Below, piece by piece: positions 49,820 through 64,000 of a DNA stretch of 64,000 bases; position 1 is the first letter of the stretch; each line of letters begins with the position of its first letter. The position numbers were made by a program, and so were the translations under genes. The notes beneath the pieces were generated by a model. That model saw nothing but the letters and a program-made list of their open reading frames with translations. It ran no database searches and was not told where the DNA came from. Location: assembly GCF_009914755.1 (NCBI RefSeq), contig NC_060937.1; one strand, 5' to 3'. Source of the stretch: the human T2T-CHM13v2.0 reference genome, Homo sapiens.

Positions 49820-50196
49820 GTGTCTTTGTTTTGTGCTGTTATAACAGAATGCCTGAGACTGAGTAATTTATAATAGACAGAAATGTATTTGGCTCATGCT
49901 TCTGAAAGCTGAGAAGTCTGGGATCAGGGAGCTGCATCTGGCTAGGGCTTTCTTACTGTGTCATCCCATGGTGGAAGGACAGAAGGGCCCAAGAGCACAC
50001 ATGAGACAGCAAGAGGAGAAGGAGGCTGAACTCATCTATTTATCAAGAATTCAATCCCCAAAACAGCATTAATTCATTCATGAGGGCAGAGTCATCATGG
50101 CCTAATCACATCTTAAAGGTCCCACCTCTCAACACCATTGCATTGGGGATTAAGTTTCCAACACATAAACTTGGAGGGATACATTCAAACTATAGC
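49820..50196 (-). mobile_element. MST-type MaLR LTR
   Basis: ctgttataacagaatgcctgagactg...cattcaaactatagca. Confidence 0.8.
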
Positions 50197-50220
50197 AAGC
50201 AGTAAAAGCCTTTCTAATTA

Positions 50221-50543
50221 CAGTTGTTCTTCTGTATACTTGGGGGATTTATTCCAAGACCTCCCTCAGATATCAAAGCCCATGAATGCTCAAGTCTGTT
50301 ATATAAAATGGTGTATTATTTGCATATAACCTATGCACATTCTCCTGTATACTTTAAATCATCCTTCTGCTTATAAGGATTACTTATAACACCTAATACA
50401 ATGTAAATACTATGTAAATAGTGGTCCTATTTTTAAAAATTTGTATTATATTTATTATTGTATTGTTATTTTTTATTCTTTTTTTCTTAACATTTTCAAT
50501 CCATGGTTTGGGTGCAGAACTCACAGATACTGACAGCCAACTG
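50221..50543 (+). mobile_element. MER2 (Tigger-derived) DNA transposon
   Basis: ta|cagttgttcttctgtatacttgggggattt...gctcaagtc...acagccaactg; degenerate TIRs. Confidence 0.8.
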
Positions 50544-51590
50544 CATAACACAAAATCCAGAAGTTATTACAAAAAAATTTAAAACCTATATGACAAAAAT
50601 AACATTATAAATAACGTCAAAAGATGAACTGTGAATAAAATAATGTGCTCCCAGAAATCCATAAGAAAAAAACCAACAATCCAATAGAAACATGACCAGA
50701 ACAGACAATTAGCAGAAAAAGAAATACAAAAGACTTTAAGCATAAGAAAAGATGCTCAACTTTTCTCATAATAAGAGAAAAGCAAATTAAAACAACACTG
50801 AGAAATTACTACTCACTTCTCAGGTAGGAAAACTGAAAAATATGATAAAGTATTTCTGGCGAGGCTGTGGGAAAATAGGTTCTATCATACACAGCTCTTA
50901 GAAGTGTAAATTAGTACCAGCTCTAAGGAGGGCTGTTGACAACATTTATTAGAATTTCAAATGTGTTTACTTTTTGATCTAGCTTTCTATTCCTAGATAT
51001 TTACTCTGCAGAAATATTTGCACAGTTGCAAAACTACATCTATACAAGCTGTGAGAATTGCAGATACCAGGATGAAATCACTCTTGTCAGACCCTGACAA
51101 ACTAGGGCTGGGAATGCAGAAAGGAGGGGGTTCATGCTAGCATGTCTGAGATAAGAACTGTTTCAAAGGACTTTCTAAAAATCTGACAAGAAATCCTTTC
51201 ACATCCTTTGCACATCTTCTGCCTTGCAAAGCTTGCACATTTCACCCGTATACATGTATTTCTATGACAAGATGCATCACCAGATATTCTTTAGGACTGC
51301 AACAATCCATATAAGATGCTCTGAAAAGAACACTTGCCCAGTAACAGCATCTCCATCAATAAACTGATGACAGTTCTGACTTTGAGCCACTGGAACCAAT
51401 GAATTCTGCTTCTAAATAGCTTATGTTGAACCTCTCTTTTTGCCAGTAAAAGCTTTCCTTTACCCTTCTCTCACTTGTGGTTTGCCATTCCATGAATCCC
51501 AGATTATAATTCCCTTTTTCCATTCCAGAATAAATTCAATATATTTCGGGATAGTTTTCTCTAATGTCTTTTCTTTGGGTTGACGTAATC

Positions 51591-51608
51591 TGGTGTCAGA
51601 AGTGGGAT
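51591..51608 (+). other. Retroviral primer-binding site, tRNA-Leu(CAA)
   Basis: tggtgtcagaagtgggat is the reverse complement of the recalled tRNA-Leu(CAA) 3' end ATCCCACTTCTGACACCA; lies just after the LTR end. Confidence 0.85.
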
Positions 51609-53368
51609 GAAACAATTACCTTTGGAAGGGATCAGCGACCTTTGGGACAAGGCGAGGTACACACAATTGGGCCTTTTGTGCACTCCACCTCCACAGATTG
51701 CCTTTTTATTTTTCCTATCCAGATACAACTTCTCTCAGGTCAAGCTCCCTTCCTTGGTAGCAGTTGTCTGTTGACCTTATTCAGGATCTGGCTGGGTTAA
51801 GGGACCTTAGTAAAGGCTCTTGCTTCTGGGAATATTAAAGACTTTTTGTCTTTTCTGCCAAATCTTTTCTGGTACAAAGACAGTTTGTCTTTCTGGTTCT
51901 GGTAATGCACTTTTGGTTTCTGAGTATTTGCATACATTTACAGTTTTGTTTGCTGCTTGATTTTTTCCTTCTGTTTCCAAACATCTTTTGAGAACAAAAT
52001 TTACTTTCTAAAAAGGTGGGCACAGTTGACCCTTTAAAAGCCATTAGGGCATTTGCCACCATTCTGCCAGGGATATCAGTCTCCAAAGAGAAGTCTCTCG
52101 CGTCAGGATAAACCGGGACACAGACAGAGAAGATTACCACTAGGGGGCCTGCCAGTTTCAAGAAAAGATGTATGCATCTAGAGAAAACTTGGTCACAGGT
52201 GGGGCGATTAGTGTACAGGCTCCAGCCATGTCAAACAAAACCCTGGGCCAGGCACACTAAAACAAACCCCTAAAATTCCCTGACAGGGCTTACAGATTTT
52301 TCTTTTGTTCTCAAGAGATTAATAAGAAGCAGAATGGGATCCCAAAATTCCAAAGGAGACAATAACGGTTCCCCTTCTGAGAACGCTGCAGGCCATATGT
52401 CAAAAAATTATCCTCCCAATGGAAAGAGTACACCAAAACTAATTTGGAGCTTCAGTAACCATCATAAGGGTCTTTTGAGTTCCTCCAAACTTGTCTTTCT
52501 TAGGACAAAATTAGAAGACTCTGGTCCTAAAATTAAACAATCCAAATGGGAGGCCTACTTCAACTGGCACCTAAAAGGTTCTAAGCACATTCAGGATTCT
52601 AACATTGCCTCCCTGCAAGACACTGTCCCCAAATTAACTGAGAAAAACAGTTAGGGAAAGATGACAAAGCCTTGGAGGCCCAGACTTTTTCCTCCCTGAA
52701 GGGGACCTCCCTTCTCTCTCCTCTGTCCCCTGTCTCCATCCTCCTTTGGCTGAAATGCCTTTCCCTCTAGATTCCTCAGCTCCTACTACCCTGAACCTGA
52801 TCCTGTTAAAACCTGTCCTTCTAAAGTTAAGCTCACTAATGATTCCTCTAACCCCCACGTTTCTCATGTTCCTTGGTGCAAGGCTGAACTACAAGTCGCT
52901 GCAAAGAATTCCCAAAGTCTCTGAGGACCCTGACCAGCTTGCTGATGAATTCAACGTGGTAATTCAAGTGGATTAACCAGGAATTCTCATCTAGGCCAGA
53001 GGTTCACATGCCTGTTGGTGAAGGTCAGGCCCAATGCTGGATGGCCTAGGCTCGTTGACATGGCCCTGAGAAGGATTTAGATAAATATACATCCGAAGAC
53101 TGTGAAAAAAACCCAAAGCATGGCAAAAAAAGAACCTTCACAAGGCTATTCTGGAGGCTTTTCCTAAAACCTTAGGCTGAAATAAAATCAGGCCTGTACC
53201 CAAGATCATAATGAGCCAGTTTATAATTACTATAGTCAGCCTCAGGTTGCATTTTTTAAAAATTCTGAATTACCTGTAGATGTAGATTCTACTCAAGTAG
53301 TCTTTCATTTTATGTTGTGAAAGCCTTTTCTCAAGAATTTCCCCAGCTTGTTGAAAAAGCCCATGTAG

Positions 53369-53664
<296 letters not shown>

Positions 53665-53777
53665 GGGGAAAGAGCCCACATAAAATAGAAAACTATGCTC
53701 ACTTCTGGTAGAGCTAATTTGACAAATCAGCTTGCCCACACACTTCAGGACGTTAATAAAAATAAAACCACTAAAGT

Positions 53778-54525
53778 TCTTTTGTTTTAAAACTTTTATT
53801 TTAGGTTCAGGGTACATGTGCAGGTTTGTTATATAGTAAACTCACGTCACAGGGGTTGGTTGTACAGATTATTTTGTCACCAGGTACTAAGCCTAGTACC
53901 CAATAGTTATTTTTTCTGATCCTCTCCCTCTGCCACCCTCCCACCTCAAGAAGGATCCAGTATCTGTCGCTCCCCTCTTGTGTCCATGTGTTCTTATCAT
54001 TTATCTCCCACTTACAAGTGAGAACATGTGGTATTTGGTTTTCTGTTCCTGCTTTAGTTTGCTAAGGATGATGGCATCCAGCTCCATCCATGTTCCTGCA
54101 AAAGATATGATCTTGTTCTTTTTTATGGTTACATGATATTTCGTGGTGTATGTGTGCTGCAGTTTCTTTATCCAGTCTGCCATTGATGGACATTTAGCTT
54201 GATTCCATGTCTTTGCTATTGTGAATAGTGCTACAGTGAACATATGCATACATATGTCTTTATGGTAGAACGACTTATATTCCTTTGGGTATATACCCAG
54301 TAATGGGATGGCTGGGTTGAATGGTAGTTCTATTTTTAGCTCTTTGAGGAATCTTCACACTGCTTTCCACAATGGTTGGACTAATTTACACTCCCACCAA
54401 CAGTGTCTAAGCATTCCCTTTTCTCCACAACCTTGCCAGCACCTGTTATTTTTTGACTTTTTAGTAATAGCCATTCTGACTGGTGTGAGATATCTCACTG
54501 TGGTTTTGATTTGCATTTCTTTAAT
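53778..54525 (-). mobile_element. L1PA 3' end inside ERV gag
   Basis: gggtacatgtgcaggtttgtta...ctgtggttttgatttgcatttct. Confidence 0.9.
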
Positions 54526-54947
54526 GATCAAAATGACTAAAATTCCTAACCTCCAATTACAACAGGTAGAGGCTCCCAGACGTAACACTAGGTGGAGACC
54601 CCCTGAGCTGGGCCATTTCTGTAAGAAGCCAGGCCACTGGAAAAGAGATGGGTGCAAAAGAAAAATGGAATCTCTTTCTCAACTCCTCCTCCTCCACCAC
54701 CTACACTTAGAGACCGCTCTCAATGAAGGGGCTTCAAGAACTCATAGGGACTTTTTGCAGTTCTTACTTCTTCATCTGCATGAAATGATCCTTCAAGGTG
54801 GGAATGAGATACAGGACTAACACTATCAGTCCTTCACCCCACCAGCCTCAGTCAGCTCCTGCCTGGGAGTAATAGGAAGACAAACGGTGGGGCTTTCCCA
54901 GGAGGCTTTACCTGCTTTGTTTAGCAGCCCATTCCATTCTGCCTTGG

Positions 54948-55007
54948 CCCTCTCCAGGACACCCATCCCTCTCCAGGACACCCATCCCTCTCCAGGACAC
55001 CCATCCC
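54948..55007 (+). repeat. 19-bp tandem repeat x3 (ccctctccaggacacccat)
   Basis: Three identical copies at 54948, 54967 and 54986. Confidence 0.92.
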
Positions 55008-55907
55008 ATTGTGCTTGTTCATTCTGCCCCTGTCCACCTCTTTAGATGTGATTTTCTGAAAAGATTACTACACTATTTTTTTTTTCCTGAAAGGGGAAAA
55101 CTGTTTTAGAATTTGACACACCAAACTGTACTGACTCAGCCTGGCAGTCTTCTGCCTCCCTGACTTCTCTCATGTGTTATATTGTTCAGAAAACAAAACT
55201 AATGTCACCCCTTCACTGCTGGACCAAATACCTGGCTCTTTATGGGCAAAATAACTGACGTTGGCACAATTCATAGCACCCTTCCTCTGAAAATCCAGAT
55301 TGATCCATCCAAACCCCTGCCTAACATTAAACAATATCCACTCAACCAGATGGTTCCAAACCTATTATAGAAGAATCCAAAAAAAGGGCTCGTTTTTCTA
55401 TGAACTGGTCCTGGTAATACCCCAATTCTACCGAATAAAAAATTCTACCTAATAAAAAAACCAAACAACTGTGGGTAGAGGTTTGCTCAGGGCCTCTGAG
55501 GAACAAACCCATTGTTGTTCCAAGGCATACAGTGGTTTCAGCCACCACACTGTACTAAACCCAGCACTCACTGACAGCAGAACTTTCACCATCGTTGATC
55601 CGTGAAGTGCATGTGCAGTGTTATGCTGGATCCGGCCAGCTGAGAGCTTTTTCCTTTTACCTGGGAAGGCCAACAATTCACCAGGACAGGAAGGCCCCAG
55701 GATTTTACTGAAAGCCCTTCCTATTTTTCTCAAATATGAAAGGCGGACTTGGAGGATGTGGGTTTTCCCCTAGGCTCGACTTTACCACCATATGCAGATG
55801 ACGTCCTTCTTTGCTCGCCTTCAAAGGTAGCCTGTGAGAAAGACTGCACATCTGTCAAAGCATCTGGCTGCCAAAGGACAAAAAGCCTCTCAAGAAACCT
55901 GAAGCTT

Positions 55908-56205
55908 GGCCAGGTGTGGTGGCTCATGCCTGCAACCCGAGCACTTTGGGAGGCCAAGGTGGGAGGACTGCTTGAGGCCAGAAGTTCAAAAACAGCCTGG
56001 TTAACATAGCGAGAGCCTGTCTCTATAATTTAACAATTTAAAAATTAGCCAGGTGTGGTGGTGCACTTGTAGTCCCAGCTACTTGAGAGGCTAAGGTGGG
56101 AGAATCACTTGAGCCCAGGGGGCTGAGGCTGCAGTGAGCAGTGATTGAACCTCTGCCCTCCAGCCTGGGTGACAGAGGGAGACCCTTTCTTAAAACAAAC
56201 AAAAA
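55908..56205 (+). mobile_element. AluJ inside ERV RT
   Basis: Dimeric Alu. Confidence 0.9.
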
Positions 56206-57349
56206 CTGCAGTTAGTAAAAACTTGGGTGAAATATTTGGGCTGTTCAATTTCAGAGAATGGATTTTAGATTCATTTAGATCCTGAGCTCAAGATGTTTTG
56301 CAATTTCCTCAGCAAAAGCCAAATGCCAACTCTGCGGTTTCTCAGATTTGCTGGTTACTGTCGTAGCTGAGTCCCTGGCTTTTCTTTCCTGGTCCAATTG
56401 CTATATGCTCTACATAAGTTACCAAACCTGCCCCCATTACTGGGACAGGATCTGAAGAGCAAGTTTCCAACAAACTAAAGGAGAAGTTGGCAAATCTTCC
56501 AGCTCTGGTTCATCCTAATTAGAAATTCCCCTTTTCCCTCTTTGTGTATGAAAAGGAAGGCAGCGCTTTGGGGATCTTAAGCCACAAGCATGGAGGCCAA
56601 TGCCACCTTCTGGGACACTGTAGTCAACAACTCGATCCCATTGCCGGTGGAGTCCCTTCTGTCTGAGAGCAGTCCCCGCTGCAGCCCTGTTAGTCAAGGC
56701 AACTGAGGGATAGCTGTGGGACCCCCAAGTGTATGTGAGCCTCGAGCTGTGGATGCTCTCACACCTGCACCAGGCCTGGCAGCTTCCTGCCTACTCCCTC
56801 ACTCCCTGCGGCCCCTGCAGCTCCTGCTCCTCCCACTCTCGCACCTGTAGTAACCTTACTCATGCAACTCTCCTGCCCTCTCCTTCAGGCCAGACTCCGC
56901 ACACCTGCCTGACTCTGAGACCTCTTATCCCCTCGGTAGGGTCTGCAAGAGGCTCCCCTGGACAATGCTGAGCTGTCCTGGTTTACAGATGGCTCACATT
57001 TAAAGATCAGCTCTGGTCGGTATTACGCAGGCCATGCAATCACTACTGCCTTTGAAGTCGTGGAAGTGGCTGGTTTGTCTGTAGCCACTTCAGCCTGGCA
57101 GGCAAAGCTCTTTGACCTCCCCAAGGCTGTCTCCTTGCTGAGGAAAGACTGCTAAGGCTTGTACAGACAGCAGGGATGCTCTTGGAGTTGCCTGTGATTT
57201 TAGAATGCTGTGGAAGCAAGGAGACTTCCTCGCTTCCAACAGAGACAAAATAAAGAATGGGTCTTATGTACAAAAATTATTAAATACAACACAGCTACCT
57301 GCTGCCCTAGCCATTGTCAAAGCTCGGGGCCATTCAGAACTAGACTCTG

Positions 57350-57877
<528 letters not shown>

Positions 57878-58237
57878 AACTAGGCTCCATGGAAGCTAGA
57901 GGAAATCACATTGCTGGTCACGCAGCAAAGGATGCTGCCCTTAAAGGGCCTATTGACAAATCTCCGTCATGGCCCAGCTAAAAAGGTTCCTGAAAGATAA
58001 TCTTAAAACAATTACTAAAGATGCACAGAATTAGGCACCAGAGGCCAAAAAATAAAAGTGGGAAAATAATGTCTGCTGGTTCAATGATCAAGAAGAACTC
58101 TGGTTTTGGGCAAATGAAAATCCTGTCCCACACAACACTCGATGAGATTTCCATTATTAACTACTGTACATGACTTAAGTCATTGGCTACAGAAAAGATA
58201 ATGATCTTTATGAGACAATACTGGTAGAGTAATATCA

Positions 58238-58696
<459 letters not shown>

Positions 58697-59077
58697 TTAA
58701 AAACATAAAAATACATGAAAAGCAAGAAAAAATACATGTTTAAAAGAAAAACCCAGAGTGGTGAATATTAGTGTGTTATCTGAGAAATACTCCCTATCTT
58801 AGAATGAGTTCCTCATGCCCGTTAACACCCATGTTGTAAGGTGAACATTTGCTAGCCTCATCCAGACAGAATGGACCAAGAGCAGGCGTGTGTCTTTGTT
58901 GGCCAGCTTGGTTAATGAGATGAGATTAGACATGCTCCTTCTTCACCTCTTCACCAGACTCACAGACTCTGACCAATGAAAATGGTCTTAATTATGATTT
59001 TCTTTCTATTCATTGTCTGTTGGGTTCCTACCTATGCTGATTTTCACAGTCTTGAAAGTGTGTATTTTTTTAAAAAC

Positions 59078-59923
59078 ATTTTTTTAATTTCCAACTTTTA
59101 TTTCAAGTTCAGGGGTACATGTGCAGGATGTGCAGGCTTGTTACATAGGTAAACGTGTGTCATAGTAGTTTGCCGCAAAGATCATCCCATCACCCAGGTA
59201 TTAAGCCAGCATCCATTAGCAATTCTTCCTGATGCTCTCCCTCCTCCCCCTGCACCCTCCAGCAGACTCCAGTGTGTGTTGTTCTCCCCCTGCATGTTCA
59301 TGTGTTCTCGTCATTTAGCTACCACTTACAAGTGAGAGCATGTGGTATTTGGTTTTCTGTTCCTGCGTTAGTTTGCTAAGGATAATGGTCTCCACCTTCA
59401 TCCATGTCCCCATAAAGAACATGATCTCGTTTCTTTCTATGGCTGTATAGTATTCCATGGTATATATGTATCACATTTTCTTTATCCAGTCTATCATTGA
59501 TGGGGATTTATGTTGATTCCATGTCTTTGCTATTGTGAACAGTGCTGCAATGAACATATGCATGCATGTATCTTTTAATAGAATGATTATATTCCTTTGG
59601 GTATATACCCAGTAATGGGATTGCTGGGTCAAATGGTATTTCTGCCTCTAGATCTTTGAGGAATCACCACACTGTCTTCCACAATGGTTGAACTAATTTA
59701 CACTCCCACCAACAGTGTAAAAGTGTTTGTTTTTCTCCACAACCTCACCAGCATCTGTTGTTTTTTGATTTTTAGTAATAGTCAGTCTGACTGATGTGAG
59801 ATGGTACCTCATTCTGGTTTTGATTTGCATTTCTATAGTGATCAGTGATGTTGAGCTTTTTTTCATGTTCATTGGTCACATGTATGTCTTCTTTTGAGAA
59901 GTGTCTATTCGTGTTCTTTGCCC
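59078..59923 (-). mobile_element. L1PA 3' end, 5'-truncated
   Basis: L1PA 3'UTR motifs; TSD aaagtgtgtattttt on both sides. Confidence 0.9.
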
Positions 59924-60431
59924 AAAAGTGTGTATTTTTGTACTTCTCTATTTGGACAAGTACAGAAGTGTCATTTTGTATGTTTCTATTTGGACAATAT
60001 GTGTAGGTGCAACATTTACAACCCCACTGTACAATCTGACACCATTGTCCACAATAATATGTCAACAGGGTAGCCTGACAGCCCATATTTGAGGCTTTCC
60101 ACTTTTAATTCTTTTTTAAACATAAGAATCGACTTTATTCTGCCTTATTTGTGCATAAGACTACCTTCAGTATTATCTGACGACAAACCAAAGACTAGAT
60201 GTTTTCTACAGATTACCAACTCTCCAGAAGAGAAGCAGTCAAACTTATAATTGCTAAAAATCATGAAATGAAAAGGAAGCTCCACAAAAGGGAAGAGGGA
60301 AAGTGTAGGAATTAGACATGGGGATTTCCATTCCCTGTTACTCTGGAAACCATGGTGACTGAGAGCTGTGATTAAACCATATAATATGCCGATATAAACT
60401 TAGAAGAATCTGGGAAAGAAGAAATTTCTCT

Positions 60432-60755
60432 GGCCAGGTGTGGTGGCTCACGCCTGCAATCCCAGCACTTTGGGAAGCCGAGGTGGGTGGATTGCTTAAG
60501 CTCAGGAGTTGGAGAGCTCAGGAGTTCCAGACCAGCCTGGGCAATATGGCAAAACCCCATCTCTACCAAAAATACAAAAATTAGCTGGGTGTGGTGGCAT
60601 GTGCCTCTAGTCCCAGCTACTTGGGAGGCTGAGGTGGGAGGATCTCTTAAGCCTGGGAGGTGAAGGCTGCAGTGAGCTGCGGCCACTGCACTCCAGCCTG
60701 GGCAACAGAGTGAGGCCCTGTCTTCAAAATAAAAATAATAATAATAATAAATAAA
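60432..60755 (+). mobile_element. AluJ
   Basis: Dimeric Alu with an internal duplication of agctcaggagtt. Confidence 0.9.
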
Positions 60756-61350
60756 TCCCTTCTATCTATTCAGTTCCTTTTCCTTCCAGACAAAATTTTT
60801 CCACACAAATCAATTTGTTTGCTAACTGCATCAGGATTTTCTCTAAACCATAATACAATCGGCAGATTAGTTGTCCAGTGGAAATAACCTTCTCCTGTAT
60901 GGTCTAGGCTTGTTTTAAATGCTCTACCATCACTGGGCTTGGGATTGCAATCCTCAAAACTTCTGGGAAATCTGAAAATGAAGTTACAAATTAAATCATA
61001 GGTCTCCAAGAAGCCTGGAATTTTGATACATTCATCCCGGTTTTCTTCCACCCAAGTGTATATTCCGTGGGCTGTATCTGTGGGGAATCTGCTTTCCTGC
61101 CCATGAACACACCGAAATGGTTCTGCGAAGATGCCTTTCTCTGGAAGAGCATTTTGCTTTTGTTAATGAGGCAGAAAATCGATCTCATATTGTTGAGTAA
61201 CCACACCCTTCCTAGCACTTGGTTTTTACAAGACCACATTGTTGAAATGATGGACGTGCTCCTAAAAAGCTGTGTATCAACTTCATTTTTAAACTTTTAA
61301 TTGAATTTTATATTAGTGGCAACCACTATTTAAAGAAACCCTCTACTCTA

Positions 61351-61656
<306 letters not shown>

Positions 61657-61912
61657 CCCTAAAATAAATTATTTGTAACATGAACAGAATGAACAGATCC
61701 TCCCCCCAACTGATATTTTTTGTGGGACTGGACCTTTCTTAAAGGATTTTCTTAAATAGAATTATTTCAGATCATCACTTACTTAGATGTGTAGCTATAT
61801 TAGGTCACAAGATTGTGTACTTATAATCATAAAACGTATACTTAATAATGAATCCCAACCTGACCTCAAAAGACTATATCATATAATACTATATTAACAT
61901 TACATATTTATT

Positions 61913-62238
<326 letters not shown>

Positions 62239-62294
62239 TACATATTTATTATGTTTTATATTGTTATATAATATAAAAAGTCGGTTTTTCGGGG

Positions 62295-62493
<199 letters not shown>

Positions 62494-62651
62494 TAAAAAG
62501 TAGAAAATATTTTATAAAAATATATTTGTGTAAAGTAGAACATATATAAAAACATACTAAAGGAGAAAGGAGAAAAAAATTCTTTCATTTATTTTTTTCC
62601 CAGGCATTTTAAATTTGGATTATAAAAATCATTTTAGAAAAATCATTAATG

Positions 62652-63999
<1,348 letters not shown>

Positions 64000-64000
64000 T

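Noticed and set aside
52334-52654. 106-aa Gag matrix ORF as a domesticated gene
   Set aside because: Short, with an early stop and frameshifted surroundings; no support for selection.
54308-54820. 170-aa ORF fusing antisense L1 sequence to ERV nucleocapsid
   Set aside because: Chance read-through of an insertion junction; the zinc knuckle is mutated.
54948-55007. CRISPR-like array
   Set aside because: Direct tandem units without spacers, in eukaryotic DNA.

Overview
This is primate, almost certainly human, genomic DNA: it carries an AluYa5 and the PABPC3 retrogene, which places it just upstream of PABPC3 on chr13q12. The only protein-coding gene is the intronless poly(A)-binding protein retrogene PABPC3. 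It starts at 62983 and runs off the window end, so the ORF track misses it. Most other listed ORFs are Alu-, L1- or ERV-derived or are chance ORFs. The rest of the window is largely repeat-derived. It holds about 30 Alus, a full-length decayed L1PB with target-site duplications (TSDs), older L1, L2 and MIR pieces, a Ricksha (MuDR) element, Tigger2a and MER2 DNA transposons, several solo LTRs, and a 3'-truncated gamma-like provirus with a perfect tRNA-Leu primer-binding site. Three areas are CpG-rich: about 13.5-14.3 kb, 35.6-36.9 kb and the PABPC3 5' end. The most interesting signals are (i) apparently newly gained MYB-type sites and loss of the autoregulatory A-tract at the PABPC3 5' end, (ii) a 166-bp local duplication and a strongly AT-to-GC-shifted old L1 at 34.8-36.9 kb, suggesting a GC-biased gene conversion tract, and (iii) a candidate splice acceptor plus uORF immediately upstream of the retrogene. 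I see no evidence of a new multi-gene system. Repeat family names and comparisons to PABPC1 come from recalled consensus sequences and need RepeatMasker or BLAST confirmation.
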